In this document: positions 1-9,657 of the stretch, piece after piece | Position numbering within the stretch: the first letter of the stretch is position 1 | How the letters are laid out: every line of letters starts with the position of its first letter | Source: Candidatus Omnitrophota bacterium | GTDB taxonomy: Bacteria > Omnitrophota > Gorgyraeia > Zapsychrales > Zapsychraceae | NCBI GenBank assembly: GCA_018062515.1 | Contig: JAGOSC010000003.1 | Coordinates: forward strand, 14,495-78,494 | DNA length: 64,000 bases | Direction: 5' to 3' | The notes under the pieces: model-generated | The model's input: the letters and a program-made list of their open reading frames with translations, nothing else | Databases searched by the model: none | What the model was told of the DNA's origin: nothing | Made by a program: the position numbers and the translations under genes

Positions 1-218
1 ATCCGACGCTGAGTGAAATCGCTATGATCAAATCTGACTCGATAAAAAAAATCACGTCCTCCATCTTGGCACGGAATATTACTTCGCTTAAAGTTACGGG
101 AACACTTCAAAAGCCGGCCATTGAACCAAAGACCTCACCTTTACGCATTTTAAAAAACACGGGCGGAGCCATTAAAGAAGGTGTGGGCGGAATTGTGGAA
201 GGAATAATTAAACGCTAA
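1..218 (+). CDS. 3' end of an unidentified + strand gene; frame is open to the window edge and stops at 216-218
   Basis: No stop codon between position 3 and 218 in this frame. A hairpin plus T-run follows immediately. The product is not recognisable. Confidence 0.25.
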   Translation, partial: PTLSEIAMIKSDSIKKITSSILARNITSLKVTGTLQKPAIEPKTSPLRILKNTGGAIKEGVGGIVEGIIKR

Positions 219-250
219 CGGTTTATATAATTCTTAAGCGTTTTTTTCAA
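207..250 (+). terminator. Candidate rho-independent terminator (AAACGCT ... AGCGTTT stem, then TTTTTTT)
   Basis: Read directly: aaacgctaacggtttatataattcttaagcgttttttt. It overlaps the 3' end of rdgB on the other strand, so it is weakly supported. Confidence 0.25.
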
Positions 251-814
251 GGCCTGAAGGGCCATCGCTCGATGGCTCATTTGGGATTTAATGGAAGGAT
301 CAAGCTCTCCAAACGTCTTGTTATATTTTGGGATTAGAAAATAGGGGTCGTATCCAAAGCCATTTGTTCCGCTCGGCTCCGTAGCAATAAATCCGGAACA
401 TTCACCCTCGACGACATCAATAATCTTTTCATCATCAACCAGCGCAATACAACAATGATACTTAGCGCTTCTTTTATTCGCCGGAACGCCTTTCAACTCA
501 GAAATCAATTTTTGATTATTTTTCTCGTCGGTGGCATTTTCTCCGGAATAGCGGGCTGAATAAATTCCCGGCGCATTATTCAAGGCTTCTACCGAAAGCC
601 CCGAATCTTCGCCCATGGTCAATTGATTGGTATAGGCCGCGATGATATTGGCTTTTATTAAAGCATTTTCGCGGAATGTCGTCCCATCCTCGACGATATC
701 CGGGGCATTGGGATAATCCGCCAAAGAAGTAATTTTTAAATCGAACTCTCTTAATAATTCTTTGATTTCTCTTAATTTCCCCTTGTTTTTCGTAGCGACG
801 ACCAGTTCTTTCAT
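215..814 (-). CDS. rdgB: Non-canonical purine NTP pyrophosphatase (RdgB/HAM1 family dITP/XTP pyrophosphatase)
   Basis: Translation carries the RdgB hallmarks TKNKGKLREI, EDSGL, NAPGIYSARY, FGYDPYF, SHRA. The ATG at 812-814 overlaps the rph stop by 1 nt (TGATG); the track's first M is a TTG. Confidence 0.85.
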   Translation of the reverse strand: MKELVVATKNKGKLREIKELLREFDLKITSLADYPNAPDIVEDGTTFRENALIKANIIAAYTNQLTMGEDSGLSVEALNNAPGIYSARYSGENATDEKNNQKLISELKGVPANKRSAKYHCCIALVDDEKIIDVVEGECSGFIATEPSGTNGFGYDPYFLIPKYNKTFGELDPSIKSQMSHRAMALQALKKTLKNYINR

Positions 815-1530
815 CAAATCTTTCCGATACTCTTTTTCTGTATACTAATTAAATCTTCGATTCCCTTTTTCGCTAAATCAAGAAGTTGAGTCAATTGTTT
901 TTGATCAAACGGGCTGCCCTCGGCGGTGCCTTGAACTTCAACGAATGAACCAGCTCCCACCATGACCACGTTCATATCCATTTGGGCTTTGGAATCTTCT
1001 TTATAATTCAAATCCAACATCAATTCATTCTCGAAAATTCCGACGCTGATCGCCGCGACAGAATCTTTTAAAGGAATTTCCTTAATCAATCCATTCTTTT
1101 TGATTTTTTTGAGCGCTAATGCCAAGGCAATATATCCCCCCGTGATCGCAGCGGTGCGCGTCCCGCCATCGGCCTGAATAACATCACAATCCACCATAAT
1201 CGTTCGTTCGCCTAATAACTTCATATCGACGACGGCGCGTAAACTGCGTCCGATTAACCGTTGAATTTCTAATGTCCGTCCGGCTGTTAAAGATTTTTCC
1301 CGTCGCATTCTTGTATCCGTCGAGCGCGGAAGCATGCCATATTCAGCCGTGACCCAACCTGTTCCCTTACCTTTTAAGAATGGCGGAACCGTTTCCTCGA
1401 CGCTGGCAGTACATATTACTTTAGTATCTCCAAACTCGATTAAACATGAACCTTCGGCGTGACAGGTATAATCTTTAGTCACCTTAATATTTCTTAACTG
1501 ATTGTTTTTTCGTCCATCATTACGGGCCAT
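814..1530 (-). CDS. rph: Ribonuclease PH
   Basis: Motifs [72 protein letters not shown]. The likely start is the internal MARNDGR (1528-1530) rather than the ORF-track start at 1575, which would overlap queF. Confidence 0.85.
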   Translation of the reverse strand: MARNDGRKNNQLRNIKVTKDYTCHAEGSCLIEFGDTKVICTASVEETVPPFLKGKGTGWVTAEYGMLPRSTDTRMRREKSLTAGRTLEIQRLIGRSLRAVVDMKLLGERTIMVDCDVIQADGGTRTAAITGGYIALALALKKIKKNGLIKEIPLKDSVAAISVGIFENELMLDLNYKEDSKAQMDMNVVMVGAGSFVEVQGTAEGSPFDQKQLTQLLDLAKKGIEDLISIQKKSIGKI

Positions 1531-1543
1531 GGAAAACTCCTCA

Positions 1544-1948
1544 TTATTTCTTTTTTGATTTATATTCAGATTCAACCGTCGTGCCTATTCCTCCCCGAGG
1601 ATTCATCACGATTTTAATCTTTAACCAGCGCGGCTGACAACTCTTTACAAAATCGTCCTGAATTTTATTCACCAAATGTTCATGAAAAATCCCGACATCA
1701 CGATACGCGACTAAATAAAGTTTAAATGATTTCAATTCGACGCAACTCCGTCGGGGGCCATAAGAAATATAAATTACAGCAAAATCCGGTAATCCCGTTT
1801 TAGGACAAATGCAGGTGAATTCGGGAATTTCAAGATCTACTTTATAGTCCCGGTCGCTGTATTTATTTTCCCACACTTCAATCTCGGGTAATTTGAGCGT
1901 CCGTACATTCTCTTGTAACTCATCATATGAACTTTTTTTATTTGGCAT
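1544..1948 (-). CDS. queF: NADPH-dependent 7-cyano-7-deazaguanine (preQ0) reductase, unimodular QueF type
   Basis: [15 protein letters not shown] and [10 protein letters not shown]...FHEH match the QueF Cys-containing and QueF motifs. Confidence 0.8.
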   Translation of the reverse strand: MPNKKSSYDELQENVRTLKLPEIEVWENKYSDRDYKVDLEIPEFTCICPKTGLPDFAVIYISYGPRRSCVELKSFKLYLVAYRDVGIFHEHLVNKIQDDFVKSCQPRWLKIKIVMNPRGGIGTTVESEYKSKKK

Positions 1949-1960
1949 ATTTATCTTCTC

Positions 1961-2650
1961 CTAACGAACTTTAAGCATTTTGTGTATCTGAGGCAAAATG
2001 CGCACATTGTTTAATTTTTGAGAACACAAGGTTTCATATCTTTGACAAAGATTCATGATGCCCTGGCCTAAATCAAATGTATTCGGCTGCAGGATGAACA
2101 GTATATTCGGATCCACGCCAGCTACTAAATCAATGGATTGTTGAATATCTTGTTCATTCGTTTTTAAACTTATCACCGTTTTAATAAACACATCTTTCCG
2201 TCGAGCGATACTTAAAAATCTTCTATGTTCATCCCAGTAAGGCCGGCATTGTGTGGAACTGGGAAGTTTTAAATCCATGGAAACAACGTCTAACTGTTCA
2301 ATCACTTCGCTAAGTTCATCCGGCAATATGCCATTGGTTTCCAAGTGAACCGGCATTTTTGCGTCATTCAGTTTCGGCAATAATTCTTTGATAAATTTAT
2401 ATTGTATTAATGGTTCACCGCCGGTCAATGAAACCGAATGACTTCCCGGCCAATATTTTTTAATTTCCATAAAGACTTCATCTAATGACATTTCTTTATA
2501 ATTCCTGGTCGTGTCGCCGATGGAATGCGGCGTATCGCACCAGACACAATGCATATTACATTCAAAGAACCGGACAAAGACTTGTTTCACGCCGGAAAAT
2601 TTTCCTTCTCCCTGAATAGACTGAAAAAATTCAATAAGTTTCGCGTTCAT
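1961..2650 (-). CDS. queE: 7-carboxy-7-deazaguanine synthase (radical SAM)
   Basis: LIEFFQSIQGEGKFSGVKQVFVRFFECNMHCVWCDT is the QueE N-terminal radical-SAM signature. The start is placed at MNAKLIEFF (2648-2650), 7 nt after the queC stop; the ORF track extends to 2695. Confidence 0.8.
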   Translation of the reverse strand: MNAKLIEFFQSIQGEGKFSGVKQVFVRFFECNMHCVWCDTPHSIGDTTRNYKEMSLDEVFMEIKKYWPGSHSVSLTGGEPLIQYKFIKELLPKLNDAKMPVHLETNGILPDELSEVIEQLDVVSMDLKLPSSTQCRPYWDEHRRFLSIARRKDVFIKTVISLKTNEQDIQQSIDLVAGVDPNILFILQPNTFDLGQGIMNLCQRYETLCSQKLNNVRILPQIHKMLKVR

Positions 2651-2657
2651 AATAGTA

Positions 2658-3326
2658 TCAATTATTTCGGATGGCCGGATCTTCATATCCAGCATCGGAA
2701 AATCCTTTAGCCCTCAAGACGCAACTATCACACGTGCCGCATGGTTTCTTTAATCCTTGATAACACGACCACGTCAACCGATAGGGAACCTTCAAGGCCA
2801 TGCCTTTACGTATAATGCCGGCCTTGGATAATGTGATTAAAGGAGCGTAAATCTTAATGGAATGCCCTTGCACTCCGGACTTCATCCCTTTCTGTACAGC
2901 CGATTGAAAGGCCTTCATAAAATCAGGACGGCAATCCGGATAGCCTGAATAGTCAATGGCATTGGCGCCAATAAAAACAGCTTGCGCGTGAATCGCTTCC
3001 GCGTAAGACATGGCCAAACTTAAAAAGATAATATTTCTGGCGGGCACGTAAGTCGACGGTATTTCTTTGGGATTGATTTTCTTTCTCGACGGGATTTTGA
3101 TTTTTTTATCCAGCAGTGATGATCCTAACCACGGTAATTGAATGCGCACAACTTGATAGTCGCATTTGACTGATTGGGCAATTTTCTTCGCGTGATCGAT
3201 TTCCCGTTTGTGCCGCTGACCATAATCAAAAATCAAACCGTAAGGCTGAAACTTTTTTTCTTTGGCCATGTAAAGAATCGTCGCTGAATCTAACCCGCCG
3301 GATAATAAAACAACTGCTTTTTTCAT
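2658..3326 (-). CDS. queC: 7-cyano-7-deazaguanine synthase
   Basis: KAVVLLSGGLDS (PP-loop), YGQRH, and C-terminal CxxC...C zinc ligands. The start MKKAVVLL at 3324-3326 forms an ATGA overlap with the queD stop. Confidence 0.85.
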   Translation of the reverse strand: MKKAVVLLSGGLDSATILYMAKEKKFQPYGLIFDYGQRHKREIDHAKKIAQSVKCDYQVVRIQLPWLGSSLLDKKIKIPSRKKINPKEIPSTYVPARNIIFLSLAMSYAEAIHAQAVFIGANAIDYSGYPDCRPDFMKAFQSAVQKGMKSGVQGHSIKIYAPLITLSKAGIIRKGMALKVPYRLTWSCYQGLKKPCGTCDSCVLRAKGFSDAGYEDPAIRNN

Positions 3327-3688
3327 GTTTCGTAATAAGACGCGCTCGCCATGTCTGATTCCCACACCTGAACTTTAAAAACTTTGAGAGGAGATACGAC
3401 CGGAGTAAATTGTTGATATATATATTTGGCGATGTTTTCCGCCGTCGGATTGACCGCTTTAAAATAATCCAAATCATTTAAACATTTATGATCTAACGTC
3501 TCCAGAAAATGTTTAAACTGTTTTTTTAAAATCGCAAAATCTTCAACCATGCCTATTTCATTTAGTTGTTCCGACTTTATAAAAACTTCCACTTTCCAGG
3601 TATGCCCGTGCAGGTCTTTGCATTTTCCTGGATAACCTCGCAAAAAATGCGCTGAGGCAATATCACCTTTTAATAATAATTCAAACAT
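3323..3688 (-). CDS. queD: 6-carboxy-5,6,7,8-tetrahydropterin synthase (PTPS family)
   Basis: SAHFLRGYPGKCKDLHGHTW is the QueD/PTPS Zn- and catalytic motif; size 121 aa. Confidence 0.8.
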   Translation of the reverse strand: MFELLLKGDIASAHFLRGYPGKCKDLHGHTWKVEVFIKSEQLNEIGMVEDFAILKKQFKHFLETLDHKCLNDLDYFKAVNPTAENIAKYIYQQFTPVVSPLKVFKVQVWESDMASASYYET

Positions 3689-3698
3689 TTCTGATCCT

Positions 3699-4487
3699 TT
3701 AAATCTTGGTTGCCTTTATTTCTTTTCCCAAAAAATTTCTCGCAATCTTACCGAATTGTTGCGGTTTATCAGACACTAAAAAACTGTACTTAGGTATTCC
3801 GCTTGTTTTCGTCAGGTCATTTTCTCTTAATATGACCTTGACCTGCTCGGCAATCTCATGAGCTGAATCTACCAAAACAACATCATTCCCGACGGTCTTT
3901 TGAATCACTTTCCTTAATAATGGATAATGAGTGCAGCCTAAAATCAGAGTATCAATTTTAAATTTATTTAAACTGCTCAGGTATGTTTTCGCAATGAGCT
4001 TCGTTGCCTCATCATCGAACCAGCCTTCTTCGACTAAAGGAACAAATAAAGCGCATGGCTGTGAAATAATTTTCGCGCTGCGGTTAAACTTCAGAATATT
4101 TTTTGTGTACTGGCCGCTTTTGATGGTGGCTGATGTCGCGATAACACCGATACGGTTATTGCGTGTTAAGCGCGCAGCTTTTTCAGCTCCGGGTTTAATA
4201 ACCCCGAGAATCGGAATCGTATAGTTTTTCTTTAGCAGCGGCATAGCGTAACTCGACGAGGAATTACAAGCTACCACCACCATCTTGACATTCTTTTTAA
4301 TAAGAATGTCAGTGTTTTCTTTGGAAAAACTAATAATTGATTCTTTGGATTTTGTACCGTATGGAACCCGGGCGGTATCACCGAAGTAAACAATATCTTC
4401 ATGGGGCAATTGTTTCATCAATTCTTTAACAACCGTCAGCCCGCCCAATCCGGAGTCAAATACGCCAATCGCAGAATTTCTATTCAT
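3699..4487 (-). CDS. murI: Glutamate racemase
   Basis: IGVFDSGLGGLTV...YFGDTARVPYG...VVACNS...LGCTHYP are the canonical MurI motifs. Confidence 0.85.
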   Translation of the reverse strand: MNRNSAIGVFDSGLGGLTVVKELMKQLPHEDIVYFGDTARVPYGTKSKESIISFSKENTDILIKKNVKMVVVACNSSSSYAMPLLKKNYTIPILGVIKPGAEKAARLTRNNRIGVIATSATIKSGQYTKNILKFNRSAKIISQPCALFVPLVEEGWFDDEATKLIAKTYLSSLNKFKIDTLILGCTHYPLLRKVIQKTVGNDVVLVDSAHEIAEQVKVILRENDLTKTSGIPKYSFLVSDKPQQFGKIARNFLGKEIKATKI

Positions 4488-4493
4488 AGAATG

Positions 4494-5576
4494 TTATTTA
4501 CCTTGAGAATATTCCAATAAACTGTTCGCAATGCCCGCAGCAATCTTGTCTCTGTAGCTACTGGATTTTAAAAGTCTTTCTTCTTTCGGATTCGATAAAA
4601 AACCAACCTCGATCAATACCGCCGGAACAAATGTGTTACGTAAAACATAAAAACCGGCCGTCTTTGTCCCGCGATTGGTAGCCTTGGTGGTTCTGGATAA
4701 ATTATCTCCAATGATCCGCGCCAACTTTATAGATTCGGACCCTTTATATTGCGTCAATAAATCCTCGACGATAAATGCCACATTTTTATCGTTGGAGTTT
4801 GTTGCCAAATTGGATAATAATAATTTTCGATTCAGCCTGCGGTTTTCATCATCTTTTTCTGCCTGGGTTAATTCCCTCAAGGAAAATATTTCAATACCGC
4901 TAACACTTTTTTTGGGTGATGAATTGGCATGAATACTGATAAAGGCATCGGCTTGAGTTTTACTCGCAATCTCGGTGCGGCCTTGTAACGTAACAAACTG
5001 ATCATCCGGGCGTGTCATAAAAACTTTGATATTCTGTTTTTCAAGAAGCCTTTTTACTCGTTTAGAAATATCCAAAACGATTTCTTTTTCTTTTGAATTA
5101 TTGTTCCCCATCGCCCCTGGGTCTTTCCCTCCATGTCCAGCGTCAATGACGACTTCTCTAATCTTTGTCAGCCTGTAAGAACCGCCCGTGCGTGCTTTTT
5201 TGTCAAAATGCTTATCGTCCGCCGCAACTTCGGCTTTTTCAAAAATAACCAATATTTTATCATGAAAATCTTTAGGGATGAGAATAGCGCCTTTTTTCAC
5301 CCGTAATGGTTTAATCAATTCGATTTGCTTATTGCCATATAAAGCAAAATTACTGTCAATCAACATGGTTACCGTCACATCGCCTTTTCTTAAGGTGATA
5401 ATTTGAGTAATCTGATCCCAATCCCAGGCGATATCAAGACGCTGGCAAGCATCTTTAAGGTAAATGTCCTGAATAGGTTTAATATTGGATTTTTTTTGTC
5501 CCGACGGGACGGTGGCACATCCGGAAAAAACAAGGCTGAGCAAAACAAAGAGAGTCAATTTGATTTTATGTTTCAT
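4494..5576 (-). CDS. N-acetylmuramoyl-L-alanine amidase (AmiC-like), lipoprotein
   Basis: Lipobox LVFSGC. An N-terminal AMIN-like region is followed by Amidase_3 motifs VVIDAGHGGKDPGA...ISIHANS. The ATG at 5574-5576 overlaps the upstream stop (ATGA). Confidence 0.75.
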   Translation of the reverse strand: MKHKIKLTLFVLLSLVFSGCATVPSGQKKSNIKPIQDIYLKDACQRLDIAWDWDQITQIITLRKGDVTVTMLIDSNFALYGNKQIELIKPLRVKKGAILIPKDFHDKILVIFEKAEVAADDKHFDKKARTGGSYRLTKIREVVIDAGHGGKDPGAMGNNNSKEKEIVLDISKRVKRLLEKQNIKVFMTRPDDQFVTLQGRTEIASKTQADAFISIHANSSPKKSVSGIEIFSLRELTQAEKDDENRRLNRKLLLSNLATNSNDKNVAFIVEDLLTQYKGSESIKLARIIGDNLSRTTKATNRGTKTAGFYVLRNTFVPAVLIEVGFLSNPKEERLLKSSSYRDKIAAGIANSLLEYSQGK

Positions 5577-7048
5577 AAGGCCGAATCGTCTATTTTTGCG
5601 TCAATCGTTTTTGCCGTCACAAACACGATGATTTCCGTCTTGCGCAACGTTTTATTTTGATTCCGGAACGCGAAACCCAAAAACGGAATTTCCTCGAAAG
5701 GTACGTCACGGATAAGCGGAATATCGCTGATCAAAGGAATCCGGCTTTCCGTGTTCACGGTCACATTCTTAAATAAACCGCCAATCACGATGGTTGATCC
5801 ATTTTTTACCGCAATATTGATGGCTTTTTCATCCAGTGAAAAAACAACAGGCTTGATATTCACGTCGATGGTTTCTTTTGTGTCGCCTAATGTCTTTAAA
5901 TAAAACCTTAAATCTTCTTTTTGATCTTTTGTTTCAAACTTGGTTCTTTGATCAGACATGTCAACCGCGTCCAAGCCGTTGATTGAAATGATCGCTGATT
6001 CTTCTCCCGACGCTGTAGAATTAAGTTCTCCTAACGTTGAAATATCCCCCACCGTTTCCAATGCCGCCAGCAGTACACTGTAATCTTCACCGCTAATCGT
6101 TCCGAGGCTGATCATTCCGTTTTTTCCTTCAATCGAATTTTTCATCCCCAGAAATTCGAGACTTTTATAGTCGGAAACAATGGCTTCCCAATCGACGCCG
6201 CGCGTGTGCTCATCATTAAGAATAATTTGAAGAATCTTTGTTTCAAATTTAACATTTTTGTCTACCTGATCATACTCTTCAATTCTCTTTTTAATGTCTA
6301 TCAATTTAGTACGCATATCGGTAACCGTGAGCGACTTTTTTTCTTGATCGATCTCAATTTTTCCTTTAACAGACAATAAGCTCTTGACGGCTTCCGCTGT
6401 CTTTTCCGGATCTTTAAATTTAAGAACAATGGTCATATGATCAATGGGAACGTCCATTTTCTTAATATAAGCTTCCATCGCCGGTATTTTCTTCGGTAAG
6501 TCAATTAAGACAAATGTCTGTGTTTGATCATTAAAAATAATCCGGCCGGATTCACTTTTCATCTCGTTCAGAACTTCCATGATTTCATTAGCGTCAGCGT
6601 GAAGAATAGGGACCATTTTTGTCTGAACTTTCTGAGTAAAGGGATAACCATAACGCTCTTCAAAACCTTTCGCCGTCAGGACACGTATAATTCCAGTTTC
6701 CTCACTGTAAGCCAGGCCGTTGGTATCCAAAATAATCCGCAAAGCATCACGGGCAAAAACATCTTTTAAGAAAATGGTGATTTTCCCCTGAACATCCTGA
6801 CCGGTGATAATATTCAGTCGTCCTTTTTGGGCTAATAACTCTAAGACTTCATAGATATCTTTGTTTTTTGCGTCGAGGACATCAATCTTAACGTCTTCTC
6901 CACCCATTTCCAGCTCATGCACAGCATTATCGACTTGATGGCTTATGCCGTTCTCTGCATAAACAAAGTCTTGGCATAATCCTAATACGCAAAAAACAAT
7001 CGCATAATTAAGATAATTTCTGAAATTGAATACTTTCTTCATGCTCAA
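5573..7048 (-). CDS. Secretin family outer-membrane channel (type IV pilus PilQ / T2SS GspD-like)
   Basis: Signal peptide, N-domain repeats, and a C-terminal secretin signature NGSTIVIGGLF...ESRIPLISDIPLI...RKTEIIVFVTAK. Confidence 0.7.
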   Translation of the reverse strand: MSMKKVFNFRNYLNYAIVFCVLGLCQDFVYAENGISHQVDNAVHELEMGGEDVKIDVLDAKNKDIYEVLELLAQKGRLNIITGQDVQGKITIFLKDVFARDALRIILDTNGLAYSEETGIIRVLTAKGFEERYGYPFTQKVQTKMVPILHADANEIMEVLNEMKSESGRIIFNDQTQTFVLIDLPKKIPAMEAYIKKMDVPIDHMTIVLKFKDPEKTAEAVKSLLSVKGKIEIDQEKKSLTVTDMRTKLIDIKKRIEEYDQVDKNVKFETKILQIILNDEHTRGVDWEAIVSDYKSLEFLGMKNSIEGKNGMISLGTISGEDYSVLLAALETVGDISTLGELNSTASGEESAIISINGLDAVDMSDQRTKFETKDQKEDLRFYLKTLGDTKETIDVNIKPVVFSLDEKAINIAVKNGSTIVIGGLFKNVTVNTESRIPLISDIPLIRDVPFEEIPFLGFAFRNQNKTLRKTEIIVFVTAKTIDAKIDDSAL

Positions 7049-7262
7049 ATTTTTCCTGGATCTGTTTTAATGTTAAATTCTTTTTTTGCAGCTGTTGAAT
7101 TTTCTTTAATTGCTGGTGAGTCCCGTCATTAAAATACCGTATATTCGTTTCTTTCGAACGGCCAATCTCTTTTAAGAGTCCGATGCTCAAATAATATTTA
7201 AGTGTATGAGTCGGGCATCCGCTTAGTTTGGATAAATCTTTAAGTAAGTAAATTGTTTGCAT
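7008..7262 (-). CDS. MerR-family HTH transcriptional regulator (small)
   Basis: LKDLSKLSGCPTHTLKYYLSIGLL resembles a MerR-type HTH. It overlaps the secretin 5' end by about 40 nt. Confidence 0.45.
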   Translation of the reverse strand: MQTIYLLKDLSKLSGCPTHTLKYYLSIGLLKEIGRSKETNIRYFNDGTHQQLKKIQQLQKKNLTLKQIQEKFEHEESIQFQKLS

Positions 7263-7509
7263 ATAATGGGGAAAATTGATTGAAACCAGGTAAATTTAAA
7301 TAGAAATGGTACATAAAGTGTTACAGTTGTTATGTTTAACTCAAATTGAACTATCCGGATGGGTAGTTAAGCTTTTATTCTCATATATTTAATCTGCCCT
7401 GTCAAGGTATTTGTCCGCCCGAATCTTTTAGAAACGATATTTTTTGTGGACGGTTAAAATTTTATCTGTTATAAATAATAACAATGTATAACCGCAACCA
7501 GAGGTACAT

Positions 7510-7899
7510 ATGATTATTGCCTTATGGATCATTTTAAGAATATTATTTTTTGCCGCAGCTATCTTCCTCTTATATCAGTATTTTAAAAGCCTTATAAATG
7601 ATGGTTCTTTTCATGTGATGAAGCACGGACTGAACAAGCCTTTTAAAAATAGCCAATTCGATACAAAAGCGAACCATAACCAATATACCCTTGAACTATA
7701 TAAATGGTCGATTAATGAGGGTGAAAATGTGTGTGAGGAAGCGCTTGACCGAGCCGCATGGCCGGCGATGGATATCGCCGATTGGATGAAAGAAGGCTTA
7801 CCTCGGTCTTCCGACGGCACTTCCCTCTGCGGACGAAATTGTCAATGTAAATTGACCCGTTATAAAGTTAAACCAACACGACAGCCAAAATCACTTTAA
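7510..7899 (+). CDS. Hypothetical small protein with N-terminal TM helix and Cys-rich C-terminus
   Basis: RBS AGAGGT sits 6 nt upstream of the ATG; hydrophobic N-terminus; no recognisable family. Confidence 0.4.
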   Translation: MIIALWIILRILFFAAAIFLLYQYFKSLINDGSFHVMKHGLNKPFKNSQFDTKANHNQYTLELYKWSINEGENVCEEALDRAAWPAMDIADWMKEGLPRSSDGTSLCGRNCQCKLTRYKVKPTRQPKSL

Positions 7900-7904
7900 C
7901 TTCT

Positions 7905-8306
7905 ATGTGGAATATTTTAATAGCCGAAGATGATCCCGCCGACGCCGAAAAATTAATCAAAGGCTTATCTTCCATCGCCCAATGCACCGTAGCAAAAGAC
8001 GGATCGGAAACAATTGCCGTCTACAAATCTGCTCAGGCCAAGAAAATAAATTTCGATTTCATATTGTTAGACGTACAAATTCCCCGGGTAAACGGCTTTG
8101 ATATTTTAAAGACCATAAGAAAATTAGAAGAATCCAATCGAGCTGTTTCTTCTCATGAGTCCAAAATCATCATGATTACGACATACAAAGATTCCCTGAT
8201 GGAAAATTACAATATGGGATGGGATGATTTTATGTCAAAGCCCGTCGATATCACTATCCTGATCAACCGCCTAAAAGAACTTCAATTAAAAAAAGAAACA
8301 ATTTAA
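7905..8306 (+). CDS. Single-domain response regulator (CheY-like receiver)
   Basis: ILIAEDDPADAE...ILLDVQIPRVNGFDILKTIRK...KIIMITT matches the receiver-domain pattern (D, D, T, K positions). Confidence 0.65.
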   Translation: MWNILIAEDDPADAEKLIKGLSSIAQCTVAKDGSETIAVYKSAQAKKINFDFILLDVQIPRVNGFDILKTIRKLEESNRAVSSHESKIIMITTYKDSLMENYNMGWDDFMSKPVDITILINRLKELQLKKETI

Positions 8307-8307
8307 C

Positions 8308-9657
8308 TTAGTTCGCGCTGATCAATTTCTTCAATTGTTCCATGCGTTCTTTTTGTGTTTTCTGAAGAGAACCATCAGCTGAAATTTCGCAGATTTTCTT
8401 TCGTATTTCAAGTGCTTCGCTATAATTCCCCAAGCGCTCAAGAATTTCCGCTTTTGTATCCAAATATATATCATTGTCCGGAGAAATTTTGAGAGCTTGT
8501 TCGACTAGTCTCAAGGCTTCATCCAACTTAATATTTTCTTCGGAATAAAGCCACGCCAAATCATTATACGCAAGCGACCATTCCGGCTGCTGCTGTATAC
8601 TGTTCAGCAATAATTCTTCTTTTCCCGACGGCGTGAGAGAACTATATTTTGCCTGATATTCAAAATAATAAGGATGGGTAATGACCAAAACAAAAACAGG
8701 AACGATGACGACACCAATATTGTAAATGTAGTGAGTGATGAGGCCTGCCTGCGTTGTTCCGCTCCATGCCCGTAATAATGTTATGGCGAAGGCCAAAAGC
8801 GCGATAATCGAAATCGCCAACCAGTCTCCCCAATATTGTCCGACATGAAGAACCGCAAATGATAAAGCAATGGTGTAAATAGCAAAACGCTGGCCCTTTA
8901 CTTTCTCAAAGATTTGAAATGAATATCCGCGAAATAAAATTTCTTCGAATAATGGCGCGACCAGCCAGGCCCACACGATGAATATAAAAATAATGACCGG
9001 CGAGTCGGCCGTCGCCAAAGCCTCGGTCATCGGCGTGGAAGGGTTATATTCTCCCCGTTGAATAATCACCGCCGAAGAAAGTCCGGCAAAAACTAAACCC
9101 ACGAGAGCCGGGACAAAAATACTTTTCATTTTTGAAATATTCTTCTTAAAACCAACATTGACCCAAAATCCTTCAGCCGAAAAACGTATAGACGATTTGT
9201 AAATAAGTATCGTGCTGACAAAGGTTAAGAAAATCGTCGATAACATGAGCCGGCTGATTTCGCTGAGGTGAACCAAAAACCTTTCGGTCAAAATTTCAAA
9301 TAAAATAGAAACATAAAAACTCAAAATCAACACATGAAACCATTCAAATATTAAATAAAATTTAGTCTTACGGTCGTCGGTGTTTAAATAATCCAAAGGT
9401 TTTTCTTTATCCGTATGTAAAAACCGATTTCGGTTTAATAAGTACGCTGGAACGATGCTAACTAAGAAAAAATAATTCAAAATTGTTTTCGGTTCTGGAG
9501 AAAAAACAGCCAACAATACGCTTGCGATGGTGAAAGACGCGGTAATTATTAACGACAGACGAAATATATCTTTAAAATGATCGCGGTTATAACGCTTAAG
9601 AAACTGGACGTCTAAAAATAACAGCACGAAAAATATAATCATCGTGATTTGACTCAT
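8308..9657 (-). CDS. CPBP (CAAX/Abi-like) intramembrane metalloprotease fused to C-terminal TPR repeats
   Basis: Multi-TM protein with the EEILFRG motif and a downstream H...H, plus a TPR-like C-terminus (WLYSEENIKLDEALRLVEQALKISPDN). Confidence 0.6.
   Translation of the reverse strand: MSQITMIIFFVLLFLDVQFLKRYNRDHFKDIFRLSLIITASFTIASVLLAVFSPEPKTILNYFFLVSIVPAYLLNRNRFLHTDKEKPLDYLNTDDRKTKFYLIFEWFHVLILSFYVSILFEILTERFLVHLSEISRLMLSTIFLTFVSTILIYKSSIRFSAEGFWVNVGFKKNISKMKSIFVPALVGLVFAGLSSAVIIQRGEYNPSTPMTEALATADSPVIIFIFIVWAWLVAPLFEEILFRGYSFQIFEKVKGQRFAIYTIALSFAVLHVGQYWGDWLAISIIALLAFAITLLRAWSGTTQAGLITHYIYNIGVVIVPVFVLVITHPYYFEYQAKYSSLTPSGKEELLLNSIQQQPEWSLAYNDLAWLYSEENIKLDEALRLVEQALKISPDNDIYLDTKAEILERLGNYSEALEIRKKICEISADGSLQKTQKERMEQLKKLISAN

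Noticed and set aside
7263-7509. Looked for a MerR-type promoter (19-20 bp spacer with dyad) and tRNA-like sequences in the divergent spacers 7263-7509 and 14013-14430
   Set aside because: Only weak TTGAAA/TATAAT-like hexamers at non-canonical spacing and no convincing dyad or cloverleaf. No callable promoter or RNA gene.
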